Source: Podarcis bocagei (Eukaryota). Taken from it: a DNA stretch of 64,000 nt. Numbering within the stretch: position 1 is the stretch's first letter; the number at the start of each line of letters is the position of its first letter. The notes under the pieces are model-generated. The model was not told the origin of the DNA. It saw only the letters and a program-made list of their open reading frames with translations, and made no database searches. Location of the stretch: the NCBI GenBank assembly GCA_964188305.1, contig OZ076896.1, one strand, 5' to 3'. The translations under genes and the position numbers were made by a program. This document shows positions 62,945 to 64,000 of this stretch, piece by piece.

Positions 62945-63330
62945 CAGGCGCGTCCAATTCCCAAGAGACTACGATCTACTCCCAGTATGAAACAACTGGC
63001 AGTGACCTACCCATTGAGTTACTGAGCTTTTTTTGGAGGGGGGGAACCAGAGTTCTTTGGAGAGGGGGACACAGTTGTTGAGCTTTTTTTGGGGGGGGCA
63101 GAGTGGCTTAGGTTCATTTTTTGAGGGAAAATGTAGCTCTATAGCTGCCTTTAAATCGCTAAACAACAGCTTACGCCAAACGAACAACAAACAGACGCGA
63201 CGGAGTGACAGAGTGGGGGGGGCAGAGACATTCATTCCCGTTTTCTTAAAGTTGCATGAGTGGTCAGGAACCCGCAATTGACCACAGGTCAGGAACCCAT
63301 CAATCACGGTGGACCGGTTGGACATCTCTG
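62945..63330. mobile_element. hAT MITE (family of 6111-6312)
   Basis: CAGGCGCGTCCAATTCCCAAGAGAC...GTTGGACATCTCTG; reverse-complement similarity to 6111-6312. Confidence 0.7.
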
Positions 63331-64000
63331 AGCTATACAGAGCCAGACAGAGGATGGTGACAGGGGGTGTCCTGGCCCCACAACATAAATCCTGGCTATG
63401 CTCACGGTCTCACAGGCCACATTTGGCCCCTAGGCCTGAGGTTATCTATCTCTGATACCAGTGTCCATATGAAACCATCCAGACTGGGGGTATCAGTTGT
63501 ACATGTACTGGGCGCCTCAGAGCAAAGCAATAAAGAAAATTTTACTGTCCTGAGAGGGAGGGGTGGGAAATGAACAGTGGTTCTCCTTGGCTAGGCAGAT
63601 TTAGCACTGTTGACCTTGTTTTATGTGCTCAGGAAAAAGACTGTTTTTAGATCACAGATGAAGAAGGGGTAACATAAGGGGTTCTTAAAGACACAAACCC
63701 AGGGTGGATAGGTATCCCTCCATAAGGGCAATGTTTCATTCTCAATTTCCTGTAGAAATTCAATTAAGGTAATATAAATTTGAATTTTGCAGACAACTTC
63801 ATGATAGGATTTTGTGGATCATGATTGACAGGGCTGCAAATTCCATTAAGCCCCATCCCAGTTTTAACAGCAAGTGCATGGATATTAAATATCCTCATTC
63901 TGAAACTTCTGGATGCTTTAGATACTCAGAATAAAGTTATTGCTCAAGGGCTAATTTAAAACTACATGCAACACATTTTGATTTATGGATTATCAATCCA

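Overview
Vertebrate genomic DNA from a squamate reptile (Sauria SINEs, Bov-B and L1/L2 remnants; probably a lacertid lizard, though species cannot be fixed from sequence alone). The + strand carries the 3' part of ZNF608: seven coding exons (16666-28422, all GT-AG and in frame, ending ...MFPAQRRE*) and a 3'UTR with an assembly gap inside it and another just past it. Upstream is a long intron and downstream a ~35 kb gene desert with transposon debris and candidate conserved enhancers. Two elements stand out. (1) A 2.9 kb non-autonomous hAT transposon (10943-13866, perfect 15-bp TIRs, 8-bp TSD) sits inside a probable solo LTR. Its interior is a mosaic of captured CpG-island promoter/first-exon DNA, including two overlapping copies of one host gene start: a vertebrate 'Pack-hAT'. 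(2) An 802-bp hAT deletion derivative (54793-55594) keeps CpG-rich DNA with an arthropod-style TATA+Inr promoter, HSE-like motifs and a transposase-like N-terminus: a candidate horizontally transferred, stress-inducible element. Repeat family names come from recognition, not database searches.
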